A DNA stretch of 64,000 nucleotides from Oscillospiraceae bacterium (GTDB lineage Bacteria > Bacillota > Clostridia > Oscillospirales > UBA644): contig CACZQB010000052.1 of NCBI GenBank assembly GCA_902783255.1, positions 41,389 through 105,388 of the forward strand. Direction: 5' to 3'. The position numbers and the translations under genes are program-made. Shown one piece after another: positions 21,327 through 31,524 of this stretch. The notes under the pieces are model-generated. The model ran no database searches, was not told the DNA's origin, and was given only the letters and a program-made list of their open reading frames with translations. Each line of letters starts with the position of its first letter. Position 1 is the stretch's first letter.

Positions 21327-21990
21327 GCTTAAATATATGATCGGCAAATCTGATTCCGTTTTGCTGAAAAGCATCCTTTCCCGCATAATGAGTTTCGATC
21401 CGCACTATCAAAACGGCATATATACCGTATCAAGTTTGTATTTCGATGATCTGTCTTTTGCCGCATATAACGATAAGCTGAACGGCGACAGCGAAAGAGA
21501 AAAATTCAGGATCCGTCTTTACAACGGCGACGAGTCGTATATCGTTCTTGAAAAGAAATGCAAAAAGAAAGATTTTGTGAATAAATATTCATTTTTAATG
21601 AATAAAAATGACGTTTTAGCTGCGATCAACGGCAAGAGAACAGAAAGTGATAACGAACTGGCAAAAGAGTTTTATGCAAAAACGGTTTCGCAGGGGCTGA
21701 GACCTGTAGTAACGGTAGAGTATGAACGGACTGCATTCGTTTTTCCTTTGGGAGAAACAAGAATAACGATAGACAGAAACATTCGCTTTTCAATGGATCC
21801 CGAATCTCTTTTCGGAGGCAGAGATCTGTTTTATCCGCTTCCGTTTTCGGAATCTGATATACTTGAAGTGAAATACAACGAAAATTTCCCTTCATTTCTC
21901 ACGCCGGTTCTTTCATCCGTTTCAGCCGAACGGATTGCATATTCAAAATACGCTATGGCTGTAAGCGCAATTGAAGGGAGCAATATATGA
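21316..21990 (+). CDS. VTC (polyphosphate-polymerase-like, triphosphate tunnel) domain protein
   Basis: Starts MRHELKY (RBS ggagaggggga) and overlaps the CotH stop by 11 nt. Alternating charged beta-strand pattern (HELKY, KFRIRLY, VLEKKCK, RITIDRN, ILEVKY) is typical of tunnel metalloenzymes and bacterial VTC-domain proteins. Confidence 0.8.
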   Translation: MRHELKYMIGKSDSVLLKSILSRIMSFDPHYQNGIYTVSSLYFDDLSFAAYNDKLNGDSEREKFRIRLYNGDESYIVLEKKCKKKDFVNKYSFLMNKNDVLAAINGKRTESDNELAKEFYAKTVSQGLRPVVTVEYERTAFVFPLGETRITIDRNIRFSMDPESLFGGRDLFYPLPFSESDILEVKYNENFPSFLTPVLSSVSAERIAYSKYAMAVSAIEGSNI

Positions 21991-22646
21991 ATTTCTCGGA
22001 CATTATCAAAAACAGCGCGCTGAATGAGTTTTCCGGCGAACTGACATTCCCCGGAGTTATTCTTACGATCACGACAGCTTTTCTGATCTCGCTTTTCATT
22101 ATTTTTATTTACAATGTAACCTTCAAAGGAGTAGTATTCAACAAGGGTTTTGCCCTGTCGCTTTCGCTTCTTTCCGTTGTTACGTCCGCAATAATAATGA
22201 CGGTCACTTCAAATCTTGTCCTCTCTCTCGGTATGGTCGGCGCATTGTCGATCGTTCGTTTCAGAACTGCCGTAAAAGATCCTGTTGACACGATCTTTAT
22301 GTTTTGGGCTGTCTGTGCGGGCATAATGACGGGTGCAGGATTGATTTTCTGGTCGCTTTTTGCAAATATTCTTATCGGACTTGTTTATCTTGCGATTTCG
22401 TTTTTCACAAAAAAGAGTGCGTCGGTCCAATATCTTCTGACCGTTCGCTATTCTTCCGAGGCGTCACAGGAAATAAAACATAAGATCCGTCTGTTGTCAA
22501 AATACAAAATCAGGGCAAAAATATACGGAAAAGATTATATCGAGCTTTCGGCAGACGTTCGTATCCGCGGCAAGGATATGGAAATAATCGATTCGATCAA
22601 AGATCTTCGCGGCGTTGCGGATATCTCCCTGATAGAATATCAATGA
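21987..22646 (+). CDS. DUF4956-like membrane protein (4 TM helices plus cytoplasmic C-terminal domain)
   Basis: ATGA overlap with the VTC gene. Motif SLGMVGALSIVRFRTAVKDPVD as I recall it for DUF4956. Usually found next to VTC and CotH genes. Confidence 0.8.
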   Translation: MNFSDIIKNSALNEFSGELTFPGVILTITTAFLISLFIIFIYNVTFKGVVFNKGFALSLSLLSVVTSAIIMTVTSNLVLSLGMVGALSIVRFRTAVKDPVDTIFMFWAVCAGIMTGAGLIFWSLFANILIGLVYLAISFFTKKSASVQYLLTVRYSSEASQEIKHKIRLLSKYKIRAKIYGKDYIELSADVRIRGKDMEIIDSIKDLRGVADISLIEYQ

Positions 22647-22705
22647 TTGTTGATTTTATACATATAACGGAGTTTGAATTCAATAAAATTTGTAAATAAA
22701 TACTA

Positions 22706-22740
22706 TTGCATTTTTATTCCAAATATTGTATAATAATTCA
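22706..22740 (+). promoter_or_regulatory. arg operon promoter (TTGCAT-17-TATAAT) overlapped by two tandem ARG boxes (ArgR/AhrC operator)
   Basis: -35 at 22706-22711 and -10 at 22729-22734. Box 1 TGCATTTTTATTCC (22707-22720) matches the core consensus TGAATWWWWATTCA at 12/14. Box 2 TGTATAATAATTCA (22727-22740) matches at 13/14. The boxes start 20 nt apart. Confidence 0.65.
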
Positions 22741-22782
22741 TATTTGTTTGCAAAACGATTATTATATACAGGAGATAGGAAC

Positions 22783-24015
22783 ATGGGTAATCTGAATATC
22801 ACAAAAGAAATAAAAAAAGTGGTTCTCGCCTATTCCGGCGGACTTGACACCTCTATTATTATTCCCTGGCTGAAAGAAAATTTCAACAACTGCGAAGTAA
22901 TAGCAGTTGCCGCCGATGTGGGACAGGGCGGAGAACTTGACGGTCTTCGCGAAAAAGCGATAAAAACAGGCGCGTCCAAAATATATATTGAAGATCTCGT
23001 TGATGAGTTCGTAGACGATTATATTTTTCCGACTTTGAAAGCCTCTGCGGTTTACGAAAACAAATATCTTCTGGGCACATCGTTCGCACGCCCTATAATC
23101 GCTAAACGGATCGTTGAAATCGCCGTAAAGGAAGGCGCAGACGCGATCGCTCACGGCTGCACGGGCAAGGGCAACGATCAGGTCAGGTTTGAGCTTGCAA
23201 TAAAGGCGTTCGCTCCCGACATGCCGATAATTGCGCCGTGGAGGATCTGGAATATCAAATCCCGCGACGAAGAGATCGATTATGCGGAAGCTCATAACAT
23301 TCCTCTCAGGATAAGCAGAGAAACAAATTATTCAAAAGATATGAATCTCTGGCATCTTTCACACGAAGGTCTTGATCTTGAAGATCCTGCAAACGAGCCC
23401 GATTACGATAAGATCCTTGAACTCGGCGTTTCTCCGGAAAAAGCGCCCGATACACCGTCGTATGTTACCATAGGCTTTGAAAAAGGCGTTCCCGTATCTG
23501 TTGACGGCGTAAAAATGAAAGGTTCGGATATCATCAGAAAGCTCAACAAGCTTGGCGGCGAAAACGGCATAGGCATTGCAGATCTCGTTGAAAACCGTCT
23601 TGTCGGTATGAAATCAAGGGGCGTTTACGAAACTCCGGGCGGAACGATCCTTTATCAGGCACATGATATTCTCGAAACACTCTGCCTGGACAGAGATACG
23701 CTTCATTTCAAACAGCATGCAGCTCTGAAATTTGCAGAGCTTGTTTATTTCGGACAGTGGTTCACTCCGCTTCGCGAAGCGCTTTCCGCTTTTGTGGATG
23801 AAACGCAGAAAACGGTGACAGGCGAGGTCAAGCTCAAACTTTACAAAGGCAATATCATAAATGCGGGAGTAACTTCTCCGAACTCTCTTTACGATGAGGA
23901 TATCGCCACATTCAGTGAAGATGAGGTATACAATCAGGCGGACAGCGCAGGCTTTATCAATCTTTTCGGTCTGCCTATAAAAGTAAAAGCAAAACACGAA
24001 CAGAAAAACAGATAA
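22783..24015 (+). CDS. argG: Argininosuccinate synthase
   Basis: [10 protein letters not shown]-loop-like motif, with [13 protein letters not shown] and ENR.VG.KSRG.YE. Start at MGNLNI (RBS caggagat); the track start at 22726 lies inside the -10 box. Confidence 0.95.
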   Translation: MGNLNITKEIKKVVLAYSGGLDTSIIIPWLKENFNNCEVIAVAADVGQGGELDGLREKAIKTGASKIYIEDLVDEFVDDYIFPTLKASAVYENKYLLGTSFARPIIAKRIVEIAVKEGADAIAHGCTGKGNDQVRFELAIKAFAPDMPIIAPWRIWNIKSRDEEIDYAEAHNIPLRISRETNYSKDMNLWHLSHEGLDLEDPANEPDYDKILELGVSPEKAPDTPSYVTIGFEKGVPVSVDGVKMKGSDIIRKLNKLGGENGIGIADLVENRLVGMKSRGVYETPGGTILYQAHDILETLCLDRDTLHFKQHAALKFAELVYFGQWFTPLREALSAFVDETQKTVTGEVKLKLYKGNIINAGVTSPNSLYDEDIATFSEDEVYNQADSAGFINLFGLPIKVKAKHEQKNR

Positions 24016-24027
24016 TCGGAGGCGGCA

Positions 24028-24297
24028 ATGAACGCAGTAATTACCGTTACGGGTAAAGACACGGTTGGTATAATTGCAAAGGTCAGCAACGAATGCTTTA
24101 AATATAACGCAAACATTCTTGACATAACGCAAAAAGTTTTCGGCGGAATGTTTGTTATGACGATGCTTATTTCCGTTGACGAGCTGAATATCAAATTCGC
24201 GGATTTCGTTGACATAATGAACGACCTTGCTAAAAAAGAACACCTTGTTATCCACACAATGCATGAATCGATCTTCGACGCAATGCATAACATCTGA
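24028..24297 (+). CDS. ACT domain protein (UPF0237 family)
   Basis: 89 aa. [20 protein letters not shown] is the classic ACT opening. RBS ggagg. Begins 12 nt after argG. Confidence 0.85.
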   Translation: MNAVITVTGKDTVGIIAKVSNECFKYNANILDITQKVFGGMFVMTMLISVDELNIKFADFVDIMNDLAKKEHLVIHTMHESIFDAMHNI

Positions 24298-24370
24298 ATT
24301 ATACCGCGGCGTTTTCATGCGTTTGTATGGGAATGCCGCTTCAGGTTATTTTCTAATTATTGGAGACAAA

Positions 24371-25738
24371 ATGCTGAACGAAAGTAAAATTCTTGAAACA
24401 ATAAATATGATAACGCAGGAGCATCTTGATATCAGGACCGTCACGATGGGTATCTCGCTTCATTCCTGCGTTGACAGCGACACAAAGAAGTGTTGTGCAA
24501 GAATATATGATAAAATAACAAAAAAAGCCGAAAATCTTGTTGCAGCGGGAGAAAGCATCGAAAAAGAACTCGGTATTCCCATAATTAACAAACGTATTTC
24601 GGTAACGCCGATATCTCTTATTGCTGCGGCCGCGGCGGGTGACGATGAGAATTTTGACTGTTCTCCGTTCGCCGAAACGCTGCAAAAAGCTGCGGATACA
24701 TGCGGCGTGAATTTTATAGGCGGTTTTTCCGCGCTGGTTCAGAAGGGGTTTGCCGTCAGTGACAAAGCGCTTATAAAATCGATTCCGTCAGCGCTTGCGG
24801 CTACAAAAAACGTCTGTTCTTCGGTAAACGTCGCCTCTACAAAAGCGGGAATAAACATGAACGCCGTTGCAATGATGGGCAAAACAATAAAACAGCTTGC
24901 ATATCTTACACGTGAAAACGATTCGATCGGCTGCGCAAAACTTGTTGTATTTGCCAATGTTCCCGAAGATAACCCGTTCATGGCAGGCGCATTTCACGGC
25001 TCAGGCGAAGGCGAATGTATGATAAATGTCGGCGTTTCGGGTCCCGGCGTTGTAAAAAGGGCTCTCGAAAAATGCGACGGCGATCTTTCGGAAGTCGCAG
25101 AAACAATAAAAAAGACTGCTTTTAAGATCACAAGAATGGGTCAGCTTGTTGCGGCGCAAGCTTCAACAAAGCTCGGCGTTCCGTTCGGCATCGTCGATCT
25201 GTCCCTTGCGCCAACGCCGGCAATAGGCGACTCTGTAGCCCACATCCTTGAAGAAATGGGACTTGAAAGCTGCGGGGCATGCGGAACAACAGCTGCTCTT
25301 GCGCTTCTGAATGATGCGGTAAAAAAAGGCGGCGTAATGGCGTCGTCACACGTAGGCGGTCTTTCAGGGGCATTCATACCCGTTTCGGAAGATGCAGGCA
25401 TGATATCAGCTGCAAAAAGCGGAGCGCTTACAATAGAAAAACTTGAGGCAATGACTGCGGTATGCTCTGTCGGACTTGACATGATAGCGGTTCCCGGAGA
25501 CACGCCCGATGAGGTCATTTCCGCTCTGATCGCGGATGAGGCTGCGATAGGCGTTGTAAATTCCAAAACCACTGCAGTCCGCGTGATACCGGCATACGGC
25601 AAAACGGTAGGCGATACGGTTTCGTTCGGAGGATTGCTGGGAGAGGCTCCGGTAATGAAGATCAGCAGTTTTTCTCCCGCTAAATTCATATCCCGCGGCG
25701 GACGTATCCCCGCACCGATACAAAGTCTTAAAAACTGA
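24371..25738 (+). CDS. UPF0210 / DUF711 (PFL-like) family protein
   Basis: Starts [30 protein letters not shown] (RBS ggaga), a conserved UPF0210 opening. The canonical partner of the preceding ACT protein. Confidence 0.85.
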   Translation: MLNESKILETINMITQEHLDIRTVTMGISLHSCVDSDTKKCCARIYDKITKKAENLVAAGESIEKELGIPIINKRISVTPISLIAAAAAGDDENFDCSPFAETLQKAADTCGVNFIGGFSALVQKGFAVSDKALIKSIPSALAATKNVCSSVNVASTKAGINMNAVAMMGKTIKQLAYLTRENDSIGCAKLVVFANVPEDNPFMAGAFHGSGEGECMINVGVSGPGVVKRALEKCDGDLSEVAETIKKTAFKITRMGQLVAAQASTKLGVPFGIVDLSLAPTPAIGDSVAHILEEMGLESCGACGTTAALALLNDAVKKGGVMASSHVGGLSGAFIPVSEDAGMISAAKSGALTIEKLEAMTAVCSVGLDMIAVPGDTPDEVISALIADEAAIGVVNSKTTAVRVIPAYGKTVGDTVSFGGLLGEAPVMKISSFSPAKFISRGGRIPAPIQSLKN

Positions 25739-25751
25739 AAAGGAAACAGCA

Positions 25752-27128
25752 ATGAAACTCTGGTCAGGAAGATTTTCAAAAGACGTTGACGGTCGAGTAA
25801 ACGATTTCAATTCATCCGTATCATTTGACAAACGTCTTTACAAACAGGATATAGAGGGCAGTATCGCGCATTCTCAGATGCTTTTCGAATGCGGGATAAT
25901 AACCGACGAAGACAGAAAAGCAATACAGAGCGGACTGAAAAGCATTCTTGATGATGTGGAATCGGGAAAACTTGATTTTTCTTCCGAAGCGGAAGATATT
26001 CATATGAATATCGAAACGATACTTACCGATCGTATAGGCGACGCCGGTAAGCGTCTTCACACCGCAAGATCACGAAACGATCAGGTCGCGCTTGATATAC
26101 GCCTTTATATGCGCAGCGAAACAGACGATATTTCCGAAGAACTTAAAAAGCTTATATCCGCCATTGTAAAGATCGCTGAAAAAACGACCGACTGGGTAAT
26201 GCCGTCTTATACTCATCTTCAGCGCGCGCAGCCTGTTTCGTTTGCTCACTATATAATGGCTTATGCGCAGATGTTTCTTCGTGACAGACAGCGTCTTGCA
26301 GACTGCAGAAAGCGTCTTAACCTGTGTCCGCTCGGCGCAGGCGCTCTGGCAACAACAACATATCCGATCGACAGATATATGACCGCGCAGCTTCTCGGGT
26401 TCGACGGTATTTGCGAAAACAGTATGGATGCTGTTTCAGACCGCGATTTTCTCATTGAATTCTGTTCAGACTGCGCAATGATCATGATGCATCTCTCGCG
26501 CTTTTGCGAGGAAATTATATTATGGTGTTCTTCTGAATTCAGGTTTATTTCGCTCGATGACGCATTCTCTACCGGTTCATCGATAATGCCGCAAAAAAAG
26601 AATCCCGATGTGGCTGAACTTTGCAGAGGCAAAACAGGCAGAGTTTACGGCAGTCTGATAACTCTGCTGACCGTTATGAAATCTCTTCCTCTCGCATATA
26701 ATAAAGATATGCAGGAAGATAAGGAGGCGGTTTTTGATTGCTGCGATACCGTAAAAATGTGCCTGAGCGTTTTTACTCCGATGTTTGAGACTGCGACCGT
26801 CAACAGAGAAAATCTGAGAGCGGCTGCATCTAAAGGTTTTATAAACGCAACGGACTGCGCGGATTACCTTGTCAGAAAAGGACTTCCGTTCCGTGACGCA
26901 TATAAGGCTGTCGGAAGGGCGGTAATGTATTGCGAAAAGACCGGAAAGGATCTTGAATCCCTCACGGTAGAAGAATACCGTAAATTTTCGCCTCTTTTCG
27001 ATTCGGATATATATTCCGCAATAAATCTTGAAAACTGTATGCTCAACAGAAAAGCGGCAGGCGGTCCGTCTCCGGAATCGGTAAAGATCCAGATAGAAAA
27101 CCTTAAAAAGGCGAACGAACTTGTATAA
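25752..27128 (+). CDS. argH: Argininosuccinate lyase
   Basis: MKLWSGRF start, TSRNDQV-like ARSRNDQV, and the GSSIMPQKKNPD fumarate-lyase signature. Confidence 0.95.
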   Translation: MKLWSGRFSKDVDGRVNDFNSSVSFDKRLYKQDIEGSIAHSQMLFECGIITDEDRKAIQSGLKSILDDVESGKLDFSSEAEDIHMNIETILTDRIGDAGKRLHTARSRNDQVALDIRLYMRSETDDISEELKKLISAIVKIAEKTTDWVMPSYTHLQRAQPVSFAHYIMAYAQMFLRDRQRLADCRKRLNLCPLGAGALATTTYPIDRYMTAQLLGFDGICENSMDAVSDRDFLIEFCSDCAMIMMHLSRFCEEIILWCSSEFRFISLDDAFSTGSSIMPQKKNPDVAELCRGKTGRVYGSLITLLTVMKSLPLAYNKDMQEDKEAVFDCCDTVKMCLSVFTPMFETATVNRENLRAAASKGFINATDCADYLVRKGLPFRDAYKAVGRAVMYCEKTGKDLESLTVEEYRKFSPLFDSDIYSAINLENCMLNRKAAGGPSPESVKIQIENLKKANELV

Positions 27129-27158
27129 TCAATACAGACCCGAAAGGAATAATCCCGG

Positions 27159-28205
27159 ATGAATACAAACGTTTATAACGTATCAATAATCGGCGCGTCA
27201 GGTTATGCCGGAGCAGAGCTTGTAAGAATACTTCTTTCTCACCCGAACGCAAAACTCGCCGCTTTGAGTTCTGTTTCTTATACCGGACAGAGCATAGCCG
27301 AGCTTTATCCTTCATACAGAAATATATGCGAGCAGATCCTTGTTTCCGAAGAAGATGCGATTGAAAAGGGCGATGTTGTTTTCGCATCTCTTCCCCACGG
27401 TCTTTCTCAGGAAATTGCTCTTGAATGTGACAGAAAAGGTAAGCTTTTTATCGATCTAGGTGCGGATTTCCGTCTTGACGACGGCGAAATATATACCGAA
27501 TGGTATGGCAAAGACTATATTTACCCGGAACTTCACGCCAAGTCGGTATACGGACTTTCGGAAATATACCGTGACAAAATAAAAAAAGCAACAATAATCG
27601 GAAACCCCGGCTGTTATCCCACATCCGTCGCTCTCGCATTGTATCCCGCCATAAAAAACAATCTTGTAAAGGCGGATGACTTTATAGTGGATTCCAAAAG
27701 CGGCGTTACGGGCGCAGGAAAAGGTCTGACGCAAAAAACTCATTTCCCGGAATGCAATGAAGCATTCTCACCTTACAATATAGGCAAACATCGCCATACG
27801 CCGGAGATAGAGCAGACTCTTTCGCACTTTGCAGGCAATTCTGTGCGCATAACTTTCGTTCCGCATCTTCTTCCCGTCAACCGCGGCATTATATCTACCG
27901 TATATGCTGAAAATATCAGCGGACTGACGGTTGAAGACATCCGCGCAATATACGCAAGAACATATGAAGACGAATATTTTATCAGAGTTCTGCCGTCAGG
28001 CGAGGTCGCAAATCTTAAAAATGTGAGAATGAGTAATTTCTGCGATATTTCAATACATGAAGACAGACATACGTCTAAACTGATTATAGTTTCCGCCATA
28101 GACAATATGGTCAAGGGCGCGGCGGGTCAGGCTGTTCAGAATATGAATATCGCTCTTGGTATAAATGAAAGGGCGGGAATTGATTTTGTTCCCCCTGCAA
28201 TATGA
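27159..28205 (+). CDS. argC: N-acetyl-gamma-glutamyl-phosphate reductase
   Basis: IIGASGYAG NAD-binding motif, active site GNPGCYPT, and SAIDNMVKGAAGQAVQNMN. Confidence 0.95.
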   Translation: MNTNVYNVSIIGASGYAGAELVRILLSHPNAKLAALSSVSYTGQSIAELYPSYRNICEQILVSEEDAIEKGDVVFASLPHGLSQEIALECDRKGKLFIDLGADFRLDDGEIYTEWYGKDYIYPELHAKSVYGLSEIYRDKIKKATIIGNPGCYPTSVALALYPAIKNNLVKADDFIVDSKSGVTGAGKGLTQKTHFPECNEAFSPYNIGKHRHTPEIEQTLSHFAGNSVRITFVPHLLPVNRGIISTVYAENISGLTVEDIRAIYARTYEDEYFIRVLPSGEVANLKNVRMSNFCDISIHEDRHTSKLIIVSAIDNMVKGAAGQAVQNMNIALGINERAGIDFVPPAI

Positions 28206-28232
28206 AGCAATATCATTCGGAAGGAAAAACAT

Positions 28233-29447
28233 ATGAATTTTCTTGAAAACGGATCAGTTACGACTCCCAAAGGCTTTACCGCATCAGGTTATCACTGCGG
28301 TATAAGAAAAAGTCAGAAGAAAAAAGATATTTCTCTTATTTTCTGCGAAAAAAGATGCGCTGCGGCGGCAGTCTACACAAGAAATCTTGTAAAGGGAGCC
28401 CCCTTAACAGTAACAAAAAACAATATTTCCGACGGATACGCGCAGGCTGTTATCTGCAACAGCGGAAATGCCAATACATGCAATGCCGACGGAGTGGAAA
28501 AAGCTGAACTGACATGCGAAAAGCTTGCCGAAAAGCTCGCAATTTCCAAGAAGGACATCATAATCGGCTCTACGGGCGTTATAGGCCAGCCGATAAATAT
28601 CGACGCAATCCTTTCAGGAATAGATCCGCTTATTGCAACGCTTTCAAAAGATGGATCAGGGGCTGCCGAAGGCATAATGACTACCGATACCGTAAAAAAA
28701 TCTTTTGCCGTCGAATTTGAAATTGACGGCAGGAAGGCGTATATCGGCGGTATAGCAAAAGGATCGGGCATGATCAATCCTCATATGGCAACAATGCTGT
28801 GCTTTGTAACTACCGATATTGCGATAACCCCGGAACTTCTCCACGAAGCTCTTCTGTATGCGGTAAAAAAATCTCTTAATATGGTTAATATAGACGGCGA
28901 CACAAGCACTAACGATATGATGTCTATAATGGCTTCAGGTCTTGCCGGAAACAAAACAATAACAGAAAAAAATGCCGAGTATGATATTTTTGCAGAGGCG
29001 CTTCTTGAGCTTTCGATAAAGGTTGCTAAAGCTATAGCGAAAGACGGCGAGGGGGCGACAAAACTTATCATAGCGGATGTTCGCAACTGCAAAGATGAAG
29101 ATACAGCTGAAATACTTGCCGATTCCGTCGTTTCATCTTCGCTTGTAAAGGCGGCTATGTTCGGCGCAGACGCAAACTGGGGCAGGGTTTTGTGCGCACT
29201 CGGTTATGCGGGAGAGGATATAGACATTACAAAGATAAATGTTGCGTTTATTTCCGCAGCGGGCAAAATCGATGTCTGCAAAAACGGCGCCGGTATACCT
29301 TTTTCGGAGGAAATCGCAAAAACAATACTTTCCTGCGACGAGATCACCATAGATATCGATTTGCAGGACGGCAATGCTTCCGCTCAGGGATACGGATGCG
29401 ATCTTACATATGACTATGTTAAAATAAACGGAGACTACCGTACATGA
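28233..29447 (+). CDS. argJ: Bifunctional ornithine acetyltransferase / N-acetylglutamate synthase
   Basis: PKGF.A.G..CGI.K, autoprocessing site ATMLCFVTTD, and the C-terminus DLTYDYVKINGDYRT. Confidence 0.95.
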   Translation: MNFLENGSVTTPKGFTASGYHCGIRKSQKKKDISLIFCEKRCAAAAVYTRNLVKGAPLTVTKNNISDGYAQAVICNSGNANTCNADGVEKAELTCEKLAEKLAISKKDIIIGSTGVIGQPINIDAILSGIDPLIATLSKDGSGAAEGIMTTDTVKKSFAVEFEIDGRKAYIGGIAKGSGMINPHMATMLCFVTTDIAITPELLHEALLYAVKKSLNMVNIDGDTSTNDMMSIMASGLAGNKTITEKNAEYDIFAEALLELSIKVAKAIAKDGEGATKLIIADVRNCKDEDTAEILADSVVSSSLVKAAMFGADANWGRVLCALGYAGEDIDITKINVAFISAAGKIDVCKNGAGIPFSEEIAKTILSCDEITIDIDLQDGNASAQGYGCDLTYDYVKINGDYRT

Positions 29448-30310
29448 ATAAATACGAAGAAAAAGCGTTTATCATTTCCGAAGCTCTGCCGTATATACAG
29501 CGGTTCAGCGGAAAAACGATCGTCGTCAAATACGGCGGCAACGCAATGATAAACGATATTATGAAAAACGCCGTTATTTCAGACTGTATCCTTCTTTCTC
29601 TTGTAGGCATCAATACTGTCCTCGTTCACGGAGGCGGTCCTGAAATTACCGCAATGCTCGGCAAGCTCGGAAAAGAAACGCGTTTTATAAACGGTCTCAG
29701 ATACACCGATGACGAAACGATGGATATAGTTCAGATGTCGCTTGCGGGAAAAGTCAACAAAGACCTTGTCACGCTTATCGCGAGAGCAGGCGGCAGGGCA
29801 GTGGGTCTTTGCGGACTTGACAGTGAACTTATCTGCGCAAAAAAACTCGAAGACGGAGAAAATGATTACGGATATGTCGGAGAGATCACTTCGGTAAACA
29901 CAAAAATAATCGAAGATAATATCCGTGCAGGCTATATCCCCGTTATTGCTACTGTAGCAGGCGGCGAGGACGGTCATGCTTATAATGTAAACGCCGATAC
30001 TGCCGCCGCGTATATCGCAGGGGCGCTCGGCGCCGAAAAGCTGATACTTCTTACAGATACAAAAGGCGTTCTTGCAGATAAGGACGATGAAACATCTCTT
30101 ATTCCGAAAATAGCCATGGATGAGATCGACGGTTATATCGGGCAGGGAATTATCGTAGGCGGAATGATCCCGAAACTTCGCTGCTGCGAAACCGCAATAA
30201 AAAAAGGCGTTCGCTCGGCTCATATTATAGACGGAAGAGTAGCGCACTCTATACTGATAGAAATGTTTACTGCCGGCGGTATAGGAACAATGATAGACAA
30301 TACGCTTTAA
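29444..30310 (+). CDS. argB: Acetylglutamate kinase
   Basis: VVKYGGNAM, VLVHGGGPEI and NVNADTAA motifs. ATGA overlap with argJ. Confidence 0.95.
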   Translation: MNKYEEKAFIISEALPYIQRFSGKTIVVKYGGNAMINDIMKNAVISDCILLSLVGINTVLVHGGGPEITAMLGKLGKETRFINGLRYTDDETMDIVQMSLAGKVNKDLVTLIARAGGRAVGLCGLDSELICAKKLEDGENDYGYVGEITSVNTKIIEDNIRAGYIPVIATVAGGEDGHAYNVNADTAAAYIAGALGAEKLILLTDTKGVLADKDDETSLIPKIAMDEIDGYIGQGIIVGGMIPKLRCCETAIKKGVRSAHIIDGRVAHSILIEMFTAGGIGTMIDNTL

Positions 30311-30320
30311 GAGGGTTGAA

Positions 30321-31508
30321 ATGAGCACGTTTAACGATATAAAAAAACAGGATAACGATTTTATAGCAAATACATACGCGCGTTTTGACGTTGCGTTCGT
30401 TTCGGGTAAAAATGCGCGGTTCATTGATGAGAGCGGGAAGGAATACATCGATTTCGGCAGCGGAATAGGCACGAACAGCCTCGGTATTGCAAATGATGCG
30501 TGGGCTGAGGCAGTATCATTGCAGGCGTCACGCATGCAGCACTGTTCAAATCTGTATTATAACCCGGTAACGGCAAAACTTGCCGAAAAGCTGTGCAGGA
30601 CTACAGGAATGAAAAAGGTGTTTTTCGCCAATTCAGGCGCGGAGGCAAACGAATGCGGCATAAAAACGGCGAGAAAATACAGCTTTGATAAATACGGCGC
30701 CGATGCTTGCAGAAATAAGATAATAACACTTAAAAATTCATTTCACGGCAGAACCGTGACCACGCTTTCCGCTACGGGACAGGATGTTTTTCATAACTAT
30801 TTCTTTCCTTTTACCGACGGTTTCCTTTTTTGCGCACCGGATCTGGACGAGATAAAAAATACCGTAATGTCAGACGGTCATGTATGTGCCGTTATGTTCG
30901 AAACTATTCAGGGCGAAGGCGGCGTTCTGCCCCTCGATGACGGTTTTTTGAGAGACCTTTCGGCGTTTGCCGCAAAAGAAGATATTCTTCTTATAGTTGA
31001 CGAAATACAGACCGGCATAGCAAGAACAGGCAGGTTCCTTTCTTATATGCACAGCGGTATTTCGCCTGATATCGTTACTCTCGCAAAAGGCTTGGGCGGC
31101 GGACTTCCCATAGGAGCCTGTCTTTTTAACGAAAAAACAGAGAAAGTCCTTTCATTCGGTGACCACGGCTCGACCTTTGGCGGAAATCCTGTTTCATGCG
31201 CAGGGGCATGTGTTGTTCTTGATAAAGTAACTTCCGACGGCTTTTGCGGAGAGGTAGAGAAAAAAGGAGAATATATAAAAGCGAAACTTTTCGAAAAGCT
31301 TGGCGATGAAATAACGGAAATTCGCGGCAGAGGACTGATGCTCGGCATTGATTTTAAATCAAAACCAGCAAAACAGATCGTTGCCGAAGCACTGAAAAAA
31401 GGTGTTGTAATGCTTACCGCAAAACAGTCGGTCCGTCTTCTTCCTCCGCTTACCATAACATACGAAGATATTGACGAAGGCATAGAAAAACTTGCTTCCA
31501 TATTCTGA
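30321..31508 (+). CDS. argD: Acetylornithine aminotransferase (class III PLP)
   Basis: FANSGAEANE, DEIQTGIARTG, TLAKGLGGG (PLP Lys) and TFGGNP. Confidence 0.93.
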   Translation: MSTFNDIKKQDNDFIANTYARFDVAFVSGKNARFIDESGKEYIDFGSGIGTNSLGIANDAWAEAVSLQASRMQHCSNLYYNPVTAKLAEKLCRTTGMKKVFFANSGAEANECGIKTARKYSFDKYGADACRNKIITLKNSFHGRTVTTLSATGQDVFHNYFFPFTDGFLFCAPDLDEIKNTVMSDGHVCAVMFETIQGEGGVLPLDDGFLRDLSAFAAKEDILLIVDEIQTGIARTGRFLSYMHSGISPDIVTLAKGLGGGLPIGACLFNEKTEKVLSFGDHGSTFGGNPVSCAGACVVLDKVTSDGFCGEVEKKGEYIKAKLFEKLGDEITEIRGRGLMLGIDFKSKPAKQIVAEALKKGVVMLTAKQSVRLLPPLTITYEDIDEGIEKLASIF

Positions 31509-31524
31509 TAAAAGGAGAAAAACA

